Below, one piece after another: positions 36,922 through 47,054 of a stretch of 64,000 nt of DNA. The notes under the pieces were generated by a model, which had not been told where the DNA came from, searched no databases, and worked only from the letters and a program-made list of their open reading frames with translations. Position 1 is the first letter of the stretch, and every line of letters begins with the position of its first letter. The position numbers and the translations under genes were made by a program. Origin of the DNA: Clostridiales bacterium (GTDB lineage: Bacteria; Bacillota; Clostridia; Christensenellales; CAG-138); contig SVGX01000001.1 of assembly GCA_015056105.1 (NCBI GenBank), positions 33,023-97,022 on the forward strand, given 5' to 3'.

Positions 36922-38190
36922 ATGAAAGTATCTGCAGCCGTCATTCTTGCGGCGGGCCGCGGCACGCGCATGAACAGCGCAAAACCCACGGCGCTTCACG
37001 AAGTTGGCGGAAAGCCGATCATTGACCGCATGCTGGTCAGCGTGGCGGCATGTTCTGCGTCGCTTCCGGTGATTGTGGAAAATGCAAACGGTCTCATCTC
37101 TGCCCATGTGGGCGAAAAAGCCCGCTTTGTCATCCAGCCAGTCTCCTTGGGCGAAGCGGATGCCCTTCTTTCGGCCCGTGCCGTTCTTGAACAGGCAGGG
37201 GATGGGCTTGTGCTTGTTCTTTACGGAAATTTGCCCCTTATTGAAACGGAATACATCGATGCGGTGATACGCGCTGCCGAAAAGGACAGGGCGGCCATGC
37301 TTGTTTTCTCCGATGAGGAAACGGAGGAACTTCAGCCCGTGGGCGTGTTCTGCTTTGAAGGAGCGCTGCTTTTAAAGGCGCTTCTTGACGGGGAAGCCTG
37401 CGATACCGTAGCGGATTGCGCGGCATCCATGGCACAGTACGGTGTTGAAGTCCATGAGCTGATGATCAGTGCCGCTTCCGTCCCGCAGGTAAGGGACAGG
37501 GCAGGGATCGCATTTTGCGAATCCGTTCTGAAAGCATCCGTTCTTGAAAAGCACTTTGCGGCGGGCGTCACCATCCTTGATCCGGTCACCACCCATATCG
37601 GCGAGGATGTTGTCATCGGCCGGGATACGGTGATCCACCCCGGCGTGATCCTTTCCGGCAGAACCGAGATCGGCGAAGGAAGCGTCATTAAAGGCGGCTG
37701 CCAGCTTCACGATACCCGCATCGGCAGCGGCTGCACCCTTACCTATGTGGTGGCGGATGATGCTGTGGTGGGAAACAATGTAAAAATCGGCCCATTTGTG
37801 AACCTCCGCCCGAAGACGGTCATTGCGGATGGTTGCAAGATCGGCGATTTTGTTGAAATAAAGAATTCCAATGTGGGCGAGGGCACCAAGCTGCCGCATC
37901 TTTCCTACATTGGCGATGCAGATGTGGGCAGCGGTGTCAACGTGGGCTGCGGCTGTGTATTCGTCAATTATGATGGTTTTAAGAAACACCGCACCACCGT
38001 GGGAAACAACGTGTTCCTCGGCTGCCAGACGAACCTTGTGGCGCCGGTCACGGTAGGGGATGATGCCTATACGGCGGCGGGTTCCACCATCACGCAGGAT
38101 GTGCCTGCGGGCGCGATGGCATTTGCCCGCGTTAAACAAAGCAATAAGATCGGCTATGTGGAAAAGTTCCGCAGCCTGAAAAAGAAGTAA
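36922..38190 (+). CDS. glmU: GlmU-like bifunctional nucleotidyltransferase / hexapeptide-repeat acetyltransferase
   Basis: The start was trimmed to MKVSAAVILAAGRGTRM. The C-terminal left-handed beta-helix hexapeptide repeats end in NYDGFKKHRTTVG. Confidence 0.75.
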   Translation: MKVSAAVILAAGRGTRMNSAKPTALHEVGGKPIIDRMLVSVAACSASLPVIVENANGLISAHVGEKARFVIQPVSLGEADALLSARAVLEQAGDGLVLVLYGNLPLIETEYIDAVIRAAEKDRAAMLVFSDEETEELQPVGVFCFEGALLLKALLDGEACDTVADCAASMAQYGVEVHELMISAASVPQVRDRAGIAFCESVLKASVLEKHFAAGVTILDPVTTHIGEDVVIGRDTVIHPGVILSGRTEIGEGSVIKGGCQLHDTRIGSGCTLTYVVADDAVVGNNVKIGPFVNLRPKTVIADGCKIGDFVEIKNSNVGEGTKLPHLSYIGDADVGSGVNVGCGCVFVNYDGFKKHRTTVGNNVFLGCQTNLVAPVTVGDDAYTAAGSTITQDVPAGAMAFARVKQSNKIGYVEKFRSLKKK

Positions 38191-38204
38191 GGGGCGCGGG
38201 AACG

Positions 38205-38963
38205 TTGTTTTGTGAAATAAAAGGGATCAAGATTCATTATGAACGGCAGGGGCAGGGGAAACCTGTGCTGATCCTGCACGGCTGGGGCGCAAGCATCGAA
38301 GCGGTCCGTCCCATCATGAACTGCATCAGTGCCCTCGGCTATGAGGCGATCGCCATCGATTTCCCTGGTTTCGGCGAAACGGCGGAGCCTCCGGAAGCAT
38401 GGGGCGTCCCGGAATATGCGGCGATGACAAAGGACTTCATTGAAACGATCGACATTCGCGGCTGCGATCTTATCTGTCATTCTTTCGGTGGGCGGGTTAC
38501 TATCCTGCTTGCTTCCGCGGATAAAACGCTGTTTTCAAGGCTGGTCCTTGTGGATGCGGCAGGCGTGAAGCCAAGACGCGGCGCAAAGTATTATATCCGC
38601 GTGTATTCCTTCAAGGCGCTCAAACACCTTGCGCGGATAGGGTTTATTGATAAAGCGTTTCATATCAGCGAAAAACAGAAACATGCCGGGAGTGCCGATT
38701 ACAGGGCGCTCAAAACCGATGTGATGCGTGATACTTTCAAACGGGTGGTAAACCTTGATCTGACAGACAGGCTTTGCCGCATTGAAAACGAAACGCTCCT
38801 TGTTTGGGGAGACCGGGATACCGCAACGCCGCTTTACCAGGCAAAGGTGATGGAAGCGAACATCAAAAAAGCCGGGCTTGCGGTGCTCGAGGGCGCGGGA
38901 CACTTTTCCTACGCCGATAAATACACGCAGTTCGCTGCGGTGATGAAGGCATTTTTTGCCTGA
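38205..38963 (+). CDS. alpha/beta-fold hydrolase
   Basis: 252 aa. LILHGWGAS, a nucleophile elbow CHSFGG, and GDRD...GAGH. The putative start is TTG. Confidence 0.75.
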   Translation: MFCEIKGIKIHYERQGQGKPVLILHGWGASIEAVRPIMNCISALGYEAIAIDFPGFGETAEPPEAWGVPEYAAMTKDFIETIDIRGCDLICHSFGGRVTILLASADKTLFSRLVLVDAAGVKPRRGAKYYIRVYSFKALKHLARIGFIDKAFHISEKQKHAGSADYRALKTDVMRDTFKRVVNLDLTDRLCRIENETLLVWGDRDTATPLYQAKVMEANIKKAGLAVLEGAGHFSYADKYTQFAAVMKAFFA

Positions 38964-38974
38964 GGAGAATTGAT

Positions 38975-40609
38975 TTGACGATCACAAGTTATGTTTATGC
39001 GTTTGCCGCCGCCATCGCGGTGGTGCTTGCTTCGCTGCCGCTCATCCACATGCTGCAGCTTGAAAGCTATCAGGGGAAAATGTATCTTAAATGGGTATCG
39101 CGGCATGTTGCATCCGATGTGCTGCCCTACCTGATGAACGGTGTTCTTGTAATGGTGCTGCGCTGCGGCTATGTGCTGTTTTATAGCATGGGCAGCCGCC
39201 TTTACAGCATTTCCTATGCCCTTGCGGATATCGTTTATCTTGTTTTGCTTCTGTTGAACTATTATTCCTATACGAAAAAGGAGCATATCAAGCCCCTTGC
39301 CTTTACCGGCAGGGTGAAGCGGCTCATCGCGGTGGAGCTGATCCTCGGCATCCTGTTCACGGCGGCCTTCTTCTACAAGACCACCTTTGAAGGCTTCAGG
39401 ATGACATGGTTCCAGTTCCTTTGGCCTAATTTTCTGCGTTATGCGCCGGGCATGTTCCTGCCCTTCTTTGTCTGCCTTGCTTATCTTGTGACCTATCCTA
39501 TCGAAAGCGCCGTGAAAAAATGGTACTTCAACGATGCGAAAAAGAAGCTTGCCGCAAGAGATGATGTGATCAAGATCGGCATCACCGGCAGTTTTGGCAA
39601 GACAGGCACAAAGTTTGCCCTTGGCACCATTCTCGGCGAAAAGTACGATGTGCTTTTCACCCCGGGCAGCTTCAATACCCCCATGGGCGTGACCCGCATC
39701 ATTCGCGGTGAACTTGAGGAACACCATGAGGTCTTCATCGCTGAAATGGGCGCCCGCTACCGCGGCGATATCAAAGAGCTCTGCACCCTCGTGAAGCCGC
39801 AGTACGGCATCATTACCGCCGTGGGCAAGCAGCATCTTGAGACCTTCGGCTCCCTTGAGGGTGTGATCAAAACCAAGGGGGAGCTGGCGGAGAGCCTTAT
39901 GCCTGATGGCTGCTGCTTCTTCAACGGCGATGACGAAAACTGCCGCACCATGTTCGCTTCTTCCGCACTGAAGGAAAAATACCTCTTCGGCACGGAAGGG
40001 GAGGGGCTTTATCTTGCCGCAAAGGATATCGCCGTCGGCCCTGCCGGCAGCGAATTTACCCTTGCAGCGGAAAACGGCGCTTCCGTCCGCTGCAAAACGA
40101 AGCTTCTCGGCCGCCACAATATTGTAAATCTGGCCGGTGCCGCAGCCCTTGCGCTCCGCCTTGGTCTTACCCTTGATGAGATCGCCGCAGGTATCGGAAA
40201 GGTGGAGCCGGTGGAACACCGGCTGCAGCTCGTGCCCGGCACGGTAACGGTTATCGACGATGCCTTCAACGCTAACCCCGTGGGTTCAAAGGAAGCGCTC
40301 AATGTGCTTGCCTCTTTCCCTGCAAGGCGCATCTGCGTCACCCCCGGCATGGTGGAACTCGGCGCAGAGGAAGCGGAATTGAACCGCGAATTCGGCAGCC
40401 ATATGGCAAAGTGTGCGGATGTCGCCATCGTGATAGGCAAAGCTCATGCGGATCCCATTTGTGAAGGTCTTCTTGCGGCGGGCTTCCCGGAAAACTGCCT
40501 TGTGCGGGTCGCGACCCTTGCGGAAGCTACGGAAAATCTGCCCCTTTATACGGAGCCCGGCTGTGTGGTGCTCTTTGAAAACGATCTTCCCGATAACTAT
40601 CGGGAGTAA
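38975..40609 (+). CDS. murF: MurF-like Mur ligase (UDP-MurNAc-tripeptide--D-Ala-D-Ala ligase family) with ~180-aa polytopic N-terminal membrane domain
   Basis: It has a P-loop GITGSFGKTGTK and Mur-ligase central and C-terminal domains (DDAFNANP...). Residues 1-178 contain several hydrophobic helices in place of the usual soluble N-domain. Confidence 0.75.
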   Translation: MTITSYVYAFAAAIAVVLASLPLIHMLQLESYQGKMYLKWVSRHVASDVLPYLMNGVLVMVLRCGYVLFYSMGSRLYSISYALADIVYLVLLLLNYYSYTKKEHIKPLAFTGRVKRLIAVELILGILFTAAFFYKTTFEGFRMTWFQFLWPNFLRYAPGMFLPFFVCLAYLVTYPIESAVKKWYFNDAKKKLAARDDVIKIGITGSFGKTGTKFALGTILGEKYDVLFTPGSFNTPMGVTRIIRGELEEHHEVFIAEMGARYRGDIKELCTLVKPQYGIITAVGKQHLETFGSLEGVIKTKGELAESLMPDGCCFFNGDDENCRTMFASSALKEKYLFGTEGEGLYLAAKDIAVGPAGSEFTLAAENGASVRCKTKLLGRHNIVNLAGAAALALRLGLTLDEIAAGIGKVEPVEHRLQLVPGTVTVIDDAFNANPVGSKEALNVLASFPARRICVTPGMVELGAEEAELNREFGSHMAKCADVAIVIGKAHADPICEGLLAAGFPENCLVRVATLAEATENLPLYTEPGCVVLFENDLPDNYRE

Positions 40610-40620
40610 GGAGTAAGATT

Positions 40621-41790
40621 ATGCTGAACCTTGCCGTTCTTTTCGGCAGCCGCGCGGCGGAACATGATGTTTCCATCATTTCCGGCCTTCAGATCCTGGA
40701 AAACGCGGATAAATCAAAATACAATGCTTTTCCCGTATATGTTTCCCGAAAGGGTGAATGGTTTATTGGTGAACCGCTCCGCAAGGTGGAGACCTACAAG
40801 AACTTCAACGGCGACCAAAAAGGCCTTACCCGTGTGATCCTGCCGCCCGTACCGGGCATGAAGGGGCTTTACACCCTTGGCAGCGGTGGCCTTTTCGGTG
40901 CAAAGTCCCAAAAGGCTGCGGATATCGACTGTGCTATTTTCGCCTTCCACGGCATGCACGGCGAGGATGGCAGCATGCAGGGCCTTTTTGAGCTTGCGAA
41001 TATCCCCTACACCAGCTGCGGTGTCACGGGCAGCGCCGTTGGCATGGATAAGGTCATCATGAAGTCGGTGTTCAAAAGTATGGGGCTTCCCGTGCTTGAC
41101 AGCACCTACTGCTATCGCAGCGAATGGAAGGAAAATCCGGCGGCGGTCATCGAAAGGGCGGAAGCGCTGGGCTATCCCGTGTATGTAAAACCTGCAAATC
41201 TGGGTTCTTCCATCGGCATCAGCCGGGCGGTGGACCGTGCTTCGCTTGAAAAAGCCATGGATGTTGCCTGCGCTTACGATAGACGCATCCTGATCGAAAA
41301 AGGTCTCAATAAGCCGGTGGAAATCAACTGCGCGTGCCTCGGCTGCGGCGGCAAGACTACGGTCTCCCTCTGCGAACAGCCCGCTTCCTGGGAGGAATTC
41401 CTTACCTTTGAAGACAAGTATACTCGCGGCGGCAAAGGCATGAAGGGCCTTGCCCGCCAGGTGCCCGCGCCCATTTCCGACATTCTGACGGAAACTGTAC
41501 GCGCTTTCACCGCCGATATCTTCCGCATGCTGGAGTGCAAGGGCGTTGTCAGAGTGGACTATATGCTCGACAGCGAAACGGAAGCGCTCTATGTAAGTGA
41601 GATCAACACCATTCCCGGCTCTTTCGCGTTCTATCTTTTTGAACCGATGGGCATTTCTTTCAGGCAACTTGTGGATCAGCTCGTTGAATATGCGCACGAA
41701 GCAATGGTGCAGAAGAACGAATCCACTTTTGCATATGATTCCGAGATCATTACCAACGTGATGAACGGAACAAAAACCACCAACAAGTAA
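40621..41790 (+). CDS. ddl: D-alanine--D-alanine ligase
   Basis: 389 aa. [17 protein letters not shown]...[12 protein letters not shown]...EINTIPG. Confidence 0.9.
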   Translation: MLNLAVLFGSRAAEHDVSIISGLQILENADKSKYNAFPVYVSRKGEWFIGEPLRKVETYKNFNGDQKGLTRVILPPVPGMKGLYTLGSGGLFGAKSQKAADIDCAIFAFHGMHGEDGSMQGLFELANIPYTSCGVTGSAVGMDKVIMKSVFKSMGLPVLDSTYCYRSEWKENPAAVIERAEALGYPVYVKPANLGSSIGISRAVDRASLEKAMDVACAYDRRILIEKGLNKPVEINCACLGCGGKTTVSLCEQPASWEEFLTFEDKYTRGGKGMKGLARQVPAPISDILTETVRAFTADIFRMLECKGVVRVDYMLDSETEALYVSEINTIPGSFAFYLFEPMGISFRQLVDQLVEYAHEAMVQKNESTFAYDSEIITNVMNGTKTTNK

Positions 41791-41807
41791 ATAAAAGGAG
41801 AGCACCA

Positions 41808-43019
41808 ATGAGCAAGATTCAGATGCGTACCCCCCTCGTGGAGATGGACGGCGACGAAATGACTCGCATCATCTGGAAGATGATCAAAGATCACCTTCTG
41901 ACCCCCTATATTGATCTGAAGACCGAGTATTATGACCTTGGCCTTCCTGCCCGCGATGCGACCGATGACCAGATCACCGTGCAGGCTGCTGAAGCCGTGA
42001 AAAAATACGGCGTCGGCGTTAAGTGCGCTACCATCACCCCCAATGCGCAGCGTGTTACTGAGTACAACCTGAAGAAGATGTATAAGAGCCCCAACGGCAC
42101 CATCCGTGCGATCCTTGACGGTACCGTGTTCCGCACTCCCATCACGCTGCCCTGCCTAAAGCCTTCTGTGCGCAGCTGGGTCAAGCCCATTACCATCGCC
42201 CGCCATGCCTACGGCGACATCTATAAGTGCACCGAATACCGCGTACCTTCCGCCGGTACTGCCGAGATCCTTTTCAAGGATGCGGAAGGCAAAGAACTCT
42301 TCCACGAGACCGTCTTTGATTTCAAGTGCCCTGGCGTTCTCATGGGTACCTACAACAAGGATGACTCCATCCAGAGCTTTGCCCGCGCCTGCTTCAATTT
42401 CGCCCTTGCCACCAAGCAGGATCTCTGGTTCAGCGCCAAGGATACCATCTCCAAGAAGTATGACCACACCTTCAAAGATATCTTCCAGGAGATCTACGAA
42501 AAGGAATACAAGGCCGAATTCGAAAAGGCCGGCATCACCTATTTCTACACCCTCATCGATGACGCCGTTGCCCGCGTGATCCGTTCCGACGGCGGCTTCA
42601 TCTGGGCCTGCAAGAACTATGACGGCGATGTCATGAGCGACATGGTGGCTACCGCCTTCGGTTCCCTTGCCATGATGACCAGCGTTCTTGTTTCCCCTGA
42701 CGGCAACTACGAATACGAAGCTGCCCACGGCACCGTTACCCGCCATTACTACAAGCATCTTGAAGGCGAGACCACTTCCACCAACTCCATGGCGACCCTT
42801 TTCGCATGGACCGGCGCCCTCAAGAAGCGCGGCGAGATGGATGAGATCCCCGAGCTCGTTGCGTTCGGCGAGAAGCTTGAAAAGGCTTCCCTCAAGTGCA
42901 TCGAGGATGGCTTCATGACCAAGGATCTTGCCCTCCTCGCCGACATGGAAAACAAGACCGTCCTTTCCACCGAAGGCTTCATTCTGAAGGTCAAGGAATA
43001 TCTTGACGCGGCGATGTAA
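41808..43019 (+). CDS. icd: NADP-dependent isocitrate dehydrogenase (IDH1-like, ~400-aa type)
   Basis: 403 aa. [11 protein letters not shown]...TITPN...RHAYGD...NYDGDV.SD...HGTVTRHY. Confidence 0.9.
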   Translation: MSKIQMRTPLVEMDGDEMTRIIWKMIKDHLLTPYIDLKTEYYDLGLPARDATDDQITVQAAEAVKKYGVGVKCATITPNAQRVTEYNLKKMYKSPNGTIRAILDGTVFRTPITLPCLKPSVRSWVKPITIARHAYGDIYKCTEYRVPSAGTAEILFKDAEGKELFHETVFDFKCPGVLMGTYNKDDSIQSFARACFNFALATKQDLWFSAKDTISKKYDHTFKDIFQEIYEKEYKAEFEKAGITYFYTLIDDAVARVIRSDGGFIWACKNYDGDVMSDMVATAFGSLAMMTSVLVSPDGNYEYEAAHGTVTRHYYKHLEGETTSTNSMATLFAWTGALKKRGEMDEIPELVAFGEKLEKASLKCIEDGFMTKDLALLADMENKTVLSTEGFILKVKEYLDAAM

Positions 43020-43098
43020 ATCCAGTACCATAAGAAAAGCATAAAAATTGCGGCGGGCGGCGAAAGCCGTCCGCCAAATCATGGGGGAGATACATACA

Positions 43099-43602
43099 AT
43101 GAGCCTTTTTTCTCAGTGGAGACAGATCGCGGAAGCACAGCGCACTCCGCAGGAACAGAACGAGTTCTGGAACGCCTACTTCGATCTTGAGACCGAAAAC
43201 TACAAAAAGATCCTTGCAAACCACACCGAAGTGTACGCGGGCAAGGTTTCCGAGCTTGCCGAGACCTTCGGTATGGAAGACATCGTATTTGCCGGCTTTA
43301 TCGATGGTATCAATACCAGCCTGAAGCAGGAGATCGATCTTGAATCCCTTGAAAGCGATACCGAAGTATCTCTTGATGTGGATTTCGAAAAGCTGTATTT
43401 CAATATGCTCGATGCAAAGGCCGATTGGCTCTACCATCTCAAGGAGTGGGACGGCGTTCTTTCCGAAGAAAAGCGCCGCGAGATCACCAAAGAATTCCGC
43501 GCAGCCAAGGTATTTGTCAAGGAAGCTACCGTTGGCCGTAACGATCCCTGCCCCTGCGGCAGCGGCAAAAAGTACAAGAAGTGCTGCGGAAAAGATCAAT
43601 AA
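43099..43602 (+). CDS. SEC-C motif domain protein
   Basis: The start was trimmed to [12 protein letters not shown]. The C-terminal sequence [17 protein letters not shown] is the SEC-C metal-binding motif. Confidence 0.7.
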   Translation: MSLFSQWRQIAEAQRTPQEQNEFWNAYFDLETENYKKILANHTEVYAGKVSELAETFGMEDIVFAGFIDGINTSLKQEIDLESLESDTEVSLDVDFEKLYFNMLDAKADWLYHLKEWDGVLSEEKRREITKEFRAAKVFVKEATVGRNDPCPCGSGKKYKKCCGKDQ

Positions 43603-43754
43603 CAGCGTAAACCATGCGTGCTGCACGGTATCTGTGCGGCACGCTTTTTTTCTACATAGAAAAAGCAATGGCACTTGTTTGAAATAATGAAAATGCATAT
43701 AATAAAATTGAAAGATCGCTTCTTACCACATAATGCCATGGAAAGGAATTGCAA

Positions 43755-45383
43755 ATGAAGATCAAGTTTTGCGGCGCAGCCCGCTGTGTGACGGGTTCCT
43801 GCCATCTTGTCAATGCAAACGGAAAGAATATACTGCTTGACTGCGGTATGCGTCAGGGTGCGGATAAAAAAACAGAGCTTGGCGAAGGGGAATTCCCCTT
43901 TGATGCCGCCAGCATCGATGCGGTGCTGCTGAGCCATGCCCATATCGACCATTCCGGCCTTCTTCCGCTTCTTGTGAAGAAAGGATTTAAAGGCAAGGTC
44001 ATCACGACAAAAGCGACTGCGGAGCTTTCCGGTATCATGCTGCCCGACAGCGGCCATATTCAGGAATCCGATGCGGAATACCAGAACCGCAAGAACATGC
44101 GTGCAGGCAAGCCGCTTGTTGAGCCTCTTTACACCATGAAGGATGTGGAAGAAACGCTCAAGCGTTTCAGTCCCGTTTCCTATGGCCAGGTCGTCACCGT
44201 TGCGGAGGGTGTCACTGCCCGCTTTAACGATATCGGACACCTTCTCGGCTCCGCTGCCATCGAACTTTGGGCAGAGGAAGAGGGGAAGACCACAAAACTC
44301 GTTTTTTCCGGCGACATCGGCCGCAGCGACAGGCCCATCATTTGCGACCCGAAACAGGTACAGGGTGCGGATTACCTGATCATTGAGGGCACCTATGGCG
44401 ACAGGAACCATCAGGAATCCTCCGATGAAGCAAAGGAAGCGGAGCTTATTTCCGTATTGAAAATGGGCATTGCCCGGGGAGGCAATATCGTCATCCCGTC
44501 CTTTGCCGTGGGCAGAACGCAGGAACTTCTTTACTATATCAAGCGGCTGCTGCTCAAGAACGCTGTGCCCGGCCTTGAAAAAGTGCCTGTTTATATCGAC
44601 AGCCCCCTTGGCATCAATGCCACTAATGTTTACCGCAGCTGCGCGGAAGGCTATTATGACGAAGAAGCCCGCGCTATCGCGAAGAGCGACTCGCCCTTTG
44701 AATTTGACACGCTGCGCATCGCCCGCACCGCCGATGAGAGCAAGCTTATCAACGCGGAAAAGGGCTGCAATATCATCATTTCCTCCTCCGGCATGTGTGA
44801 TGCGGGCCGTATCCGCCATCATTTGAAGCACAACCTGTTCCGTGCGGATTCAACGGTGGTGTTCTCCGGTTATCAGGCGGTGGGTACCCTCGGCAGGATC
44901 CTTCTTGACGGTGCGAAAAAGGTCAAGCTGTTCGGCGAAAGCATTTTCGTCAATGCCGCCATCGAGCGCATCGAAGGCTTCTCCGGCCATGCGGGCAGGG
45001 ATGAGCTCATCAGGTGGATCGAGGGAATCGGCAATAAACCGAACTGTATTTTCCTTGTTCACGGCGAGGAAGAGGCACTCGCAAGCTATGAAAAGGCGGT
45101 AAAAGCCCTCGGCTACCGCGTGGAAGTGCCTTCGCTGCTGGAAGAATACACCGTTTTCGGCGGCACCTGCTGCACATCTCCTCAGGAAGCGCCCGCGCCT
45201 GTTGCAAAGCAGCTTGAGGAAGCGCACCATGTGGCTAAGCTGCAGGCAGAAGCTGCCCGCCTCGGCGTGCTTATCGAGCATACGGATTGGGAAAGTGATG
45301 CATCTGCAGAAATGCTTGCCGGCATCCTCGAAGCGGATATCCGTACTCTCGTGGATAAGTGGGAGAATATTCTGCGGCAATAA
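43755..45383 (+). CDS. MBL-fold beta-CASP RNA-metabolising hydrolase
   Basis: MKIKFCGAARCVTGSCHL...SHAHIDHSG...EGTYGDR...GFSGHAG, i.e. beta-lactamase motifs plus beta-CASP. Confidence 0.85.
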   Translation: MKIKFCGAARCVTGSCHLVNANGKNILLDCGMRQGADKKTELGEGEFPFDAASIDAVLLSHAHIDHSGLLPLLVKKGFKGKVITTKATAELSGIMLPDSGHIQESDAEYQNRKNMRAGKPLVEPLYTMKDVEETLKRFSPVSYGQVVTVAEGVTARFNDIGHLLGSAAIELWAEEEGKTTKLVFSGDIGRSDRPIICDPKQVQGADYLIIEGTYGDRNHQESSDEAKEAELISVLKMGIARGGNIVIPSFAVGRTQELLYYIKRLLLKNAVPGLEKVPVYIDSPLGINATNVYRSCAEGYYDEEARAIAKSDSPFEFDTLRIARTADESKLINAEKGCNIIISSSGMCDAGRIRHHLKHNLFRADSTVVFSGYQAVGTLGRILLDGAKKVKLFGESIFVNAAIERIEGFSGHAGRDELIRWIEGIGNKPNCIFLVHGEEEALASYEKAVKALGYRVEVPSLLEEYTVFGGTCCTSPQEAPAPVAKQLEEAHHVAKLQAEAARLGVLIEHTDWESDASAEMLAGILEADIRTLVDKWENILRQ

Positions 45384-45399
45384 AAGAGTAAAAACGAAG

Positions 45400-45440
45400 A
45401 AAAAGAAGGTATCGGCCGAATGGCCGATACCTTCTTTGCT
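45400..45440. terminator. bidirectional terminator between the beta-CASP gene and the convergent ARH module
   Basis: AGAAGGTATCGGCC-GAAT-GGCCGATACCTTCT: a perfect 14-bp stem. Confidence 0.85.
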
Positions 45441-45441
45441 A

Positions 45442-46221
45442 TTAAAGAGGAATTCCAAAACGATGGGAAAAAGCTGTATCTGCAAGTATTGCATATTCTG
45501 CAGGTGTAGAAATCTGACTGTCAAGCCCGAGACTTTGCCATGTCGCGGCAAAGATCAGATACGGTGAAAGAGAAAGGGTATCCTTCACCTTTATGTGACA
45601 GCCGTCCCGAAGAAGCAAACCGTCTGCTGCCATTTTCTTTGCATCGAAATACAACCTTGCACCGGTTTTGTACGGCGCATTCACGTCCATTACGATCCTG
45701 CCGCACTGTTTTGAGTTCACCACGATCTCGCCGGTCACACCATCACCGAACATGATATAATTGCGAAAATCCACTGGGTCCCCCAGCTTTGCACCGATAG
45801 GATCTGTTTCATTTAGCGCTCCTTCCGCCTGCAGACGGTTCCAGCTTTTAAGCATTTGATCCTGCATGATCTTTTCATAACAGGAGAATGGCGTGCTGTG
45901 AATGAGGATATGTGGCTCGCCTTTTCTCAGAAAAGGATCATTGCAGGAATGACCAGCATAATCCAATCGTGCAGCTGCAAGATCCTCTTCAGACATAACA
46001 AGAAGGGTGTCGCATTCATGCGCTTCGTGAAAAGAGATGAAATCCCCTACGGCCGTTTTCCATTCCGGATATTCTGTGCGGCTGATCTTCACGGAATAAG
46101 TGCAGTTATTCCGGCTTCCTACAAACATTTTGTAATCGCGGCTATCGGTGAGCATCAAAACGACACGGGAAGCATCATCATTGCATGAGGATTCATCAAA
46201 AGAATCAATGCGGTAGACCAT
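45442..46221 (-). CDS. hypothetical protein; C-terminal half has Tpt1/KptA-like (ADP-ribosyltransferase-fold) motif order - tentative
   Basis: The start was trimmed to MVYRIDSFDE, 7 nt after AGGAG. The motifs are RLDYAGHS-x13-LIHST-x18-R and ARLYFDAKKMAADGLLL. The gene is visibly more AT-rich than its neighbours (44 G+C in the 100 nt hand-counted at 45901-46000). Confidence 0.6.
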   Translation of the reverse strand: MVYRIDSFDESSCNDDASRVVLMLTDSRDYKMFVGSRNNCTYSVKISRTEYPEWKTAVGDFISFHEAHECDTLLVMSEEDLAAARLDYAGHSCNDPFLRKGEPHILIHSTPFSCYEKIMQDQMLKSWNRLQAEGALNETDPIGAKLGDPVDFRNYIMFGDGVTGEIVVNSKQCGRIVMDVNAPYKTGARLYFDAKKMAADGLLLRDGCHIKVKDTLSLSPYLIFAATWQSLGLDSQISTPAEYAILADTAFSHRFGIPL

Positions 46222-46241
46222 TCCAAATCTCCTAACTTGTT

Positions 46242-47054
46242 TTATCGACTTCCGCAAACCCTTTCAAATTCCGCAATCACCTCAATGAATTCCTCCGGCA
46301 GGTATTCTTCTGCCTTTTTGCGGTAGGCGAAAAGGTCTTCGCCGGCGCGGCGGTAGTAAGCATAGGCAACCGAGCCCGTGATAGCGCCGATGGTGTCCGA
46401 ATCCCCGCCGAGGGAGATGGCATTGCGGATGGCATCCTCAAAGGATGTGGATTCAAGGAACGCGGTGAGCGCTTCCGGCACCGTGCCCTGGCATGTGCCG
46501 TCAAAGGAATATGCGGGGCGGATCTCATCAAGACTTTTTTCAAGGGGATAGAAGCGATCACGGATGTATTGTGCGATCTCAGCTTTGCTGCTGCCGGTCT
46601 TTGCAAGGAAGATGGCGGCGGCGGTGGCTTTTGCGCCCTTGATGCCCTCGGGGTGGTTGTGGGTGATGTTTGCGGAGGCTTCCGCAAGGAAAAGGGCTTC
46701 CTCCAACGTTTTTGCATAAAGCGCGCAGGGGGAAACCCGCATGGCACTGCCGTTGCCACAGCTAAAGTACGGGGTGGGGTCATCTGCGAACAGCCAGCCG
46801 ATGAAGCGGCTGCCGTATGCGCCCATGGGATCGGGATATGCCTGCCCGAGGGCGCGCATCTCTTCCGTAAAAATGCGGAATAAATCGGGTGCTTCCTCAT
46901 TATGTGCCCGAAGCAGCGCCTTTGCTGCCGCTACGGTCATGATGGAATCATCCGTGTAATCGCAGCCGGGAGAGAAGAGGGGAAAATCCTTTGTTTTGAT
47001 ATTGAAGAATTCATATCTGGAACCGACGATATCGCCGATGATGGCACCGTACAT
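46242..47054 (-). CDS. ADP-ribosylglycohydrolase family protein
   Basis: The start was trimmed to MYGAIIGDIVGSRYEF with AGGAG upstream. DYTDDSIMT, GNGSAMR and GGDSDTIGAITGS are ARH/DraG-family hallmarks. Confidence 0.85.
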   Translation of the reverse strand: MYGAIIGDIVGSRYEFFNIKTKDFPLFSPGCDYTDDSIMTVAAAKALLRAHNEEAPDLFRIFTEEMRALGQAYPDPMGAYGSRFIGWLFADDPTPYFSCGNGSAMRVSPCALYAKTLEEALFLAEASANITHNHPEGIKGAKATAAAIFLAKTGSSKAEIAQYIRDRFYPLEKSLDEIRPAYSFDGTCQGTVPEALTAFLESTSFEDAIRNAISLGGDSDTIGAITGSVAYAYYRRAGEDLFAYRKKAEEYLPEEFIEVIAEFERVCGSR

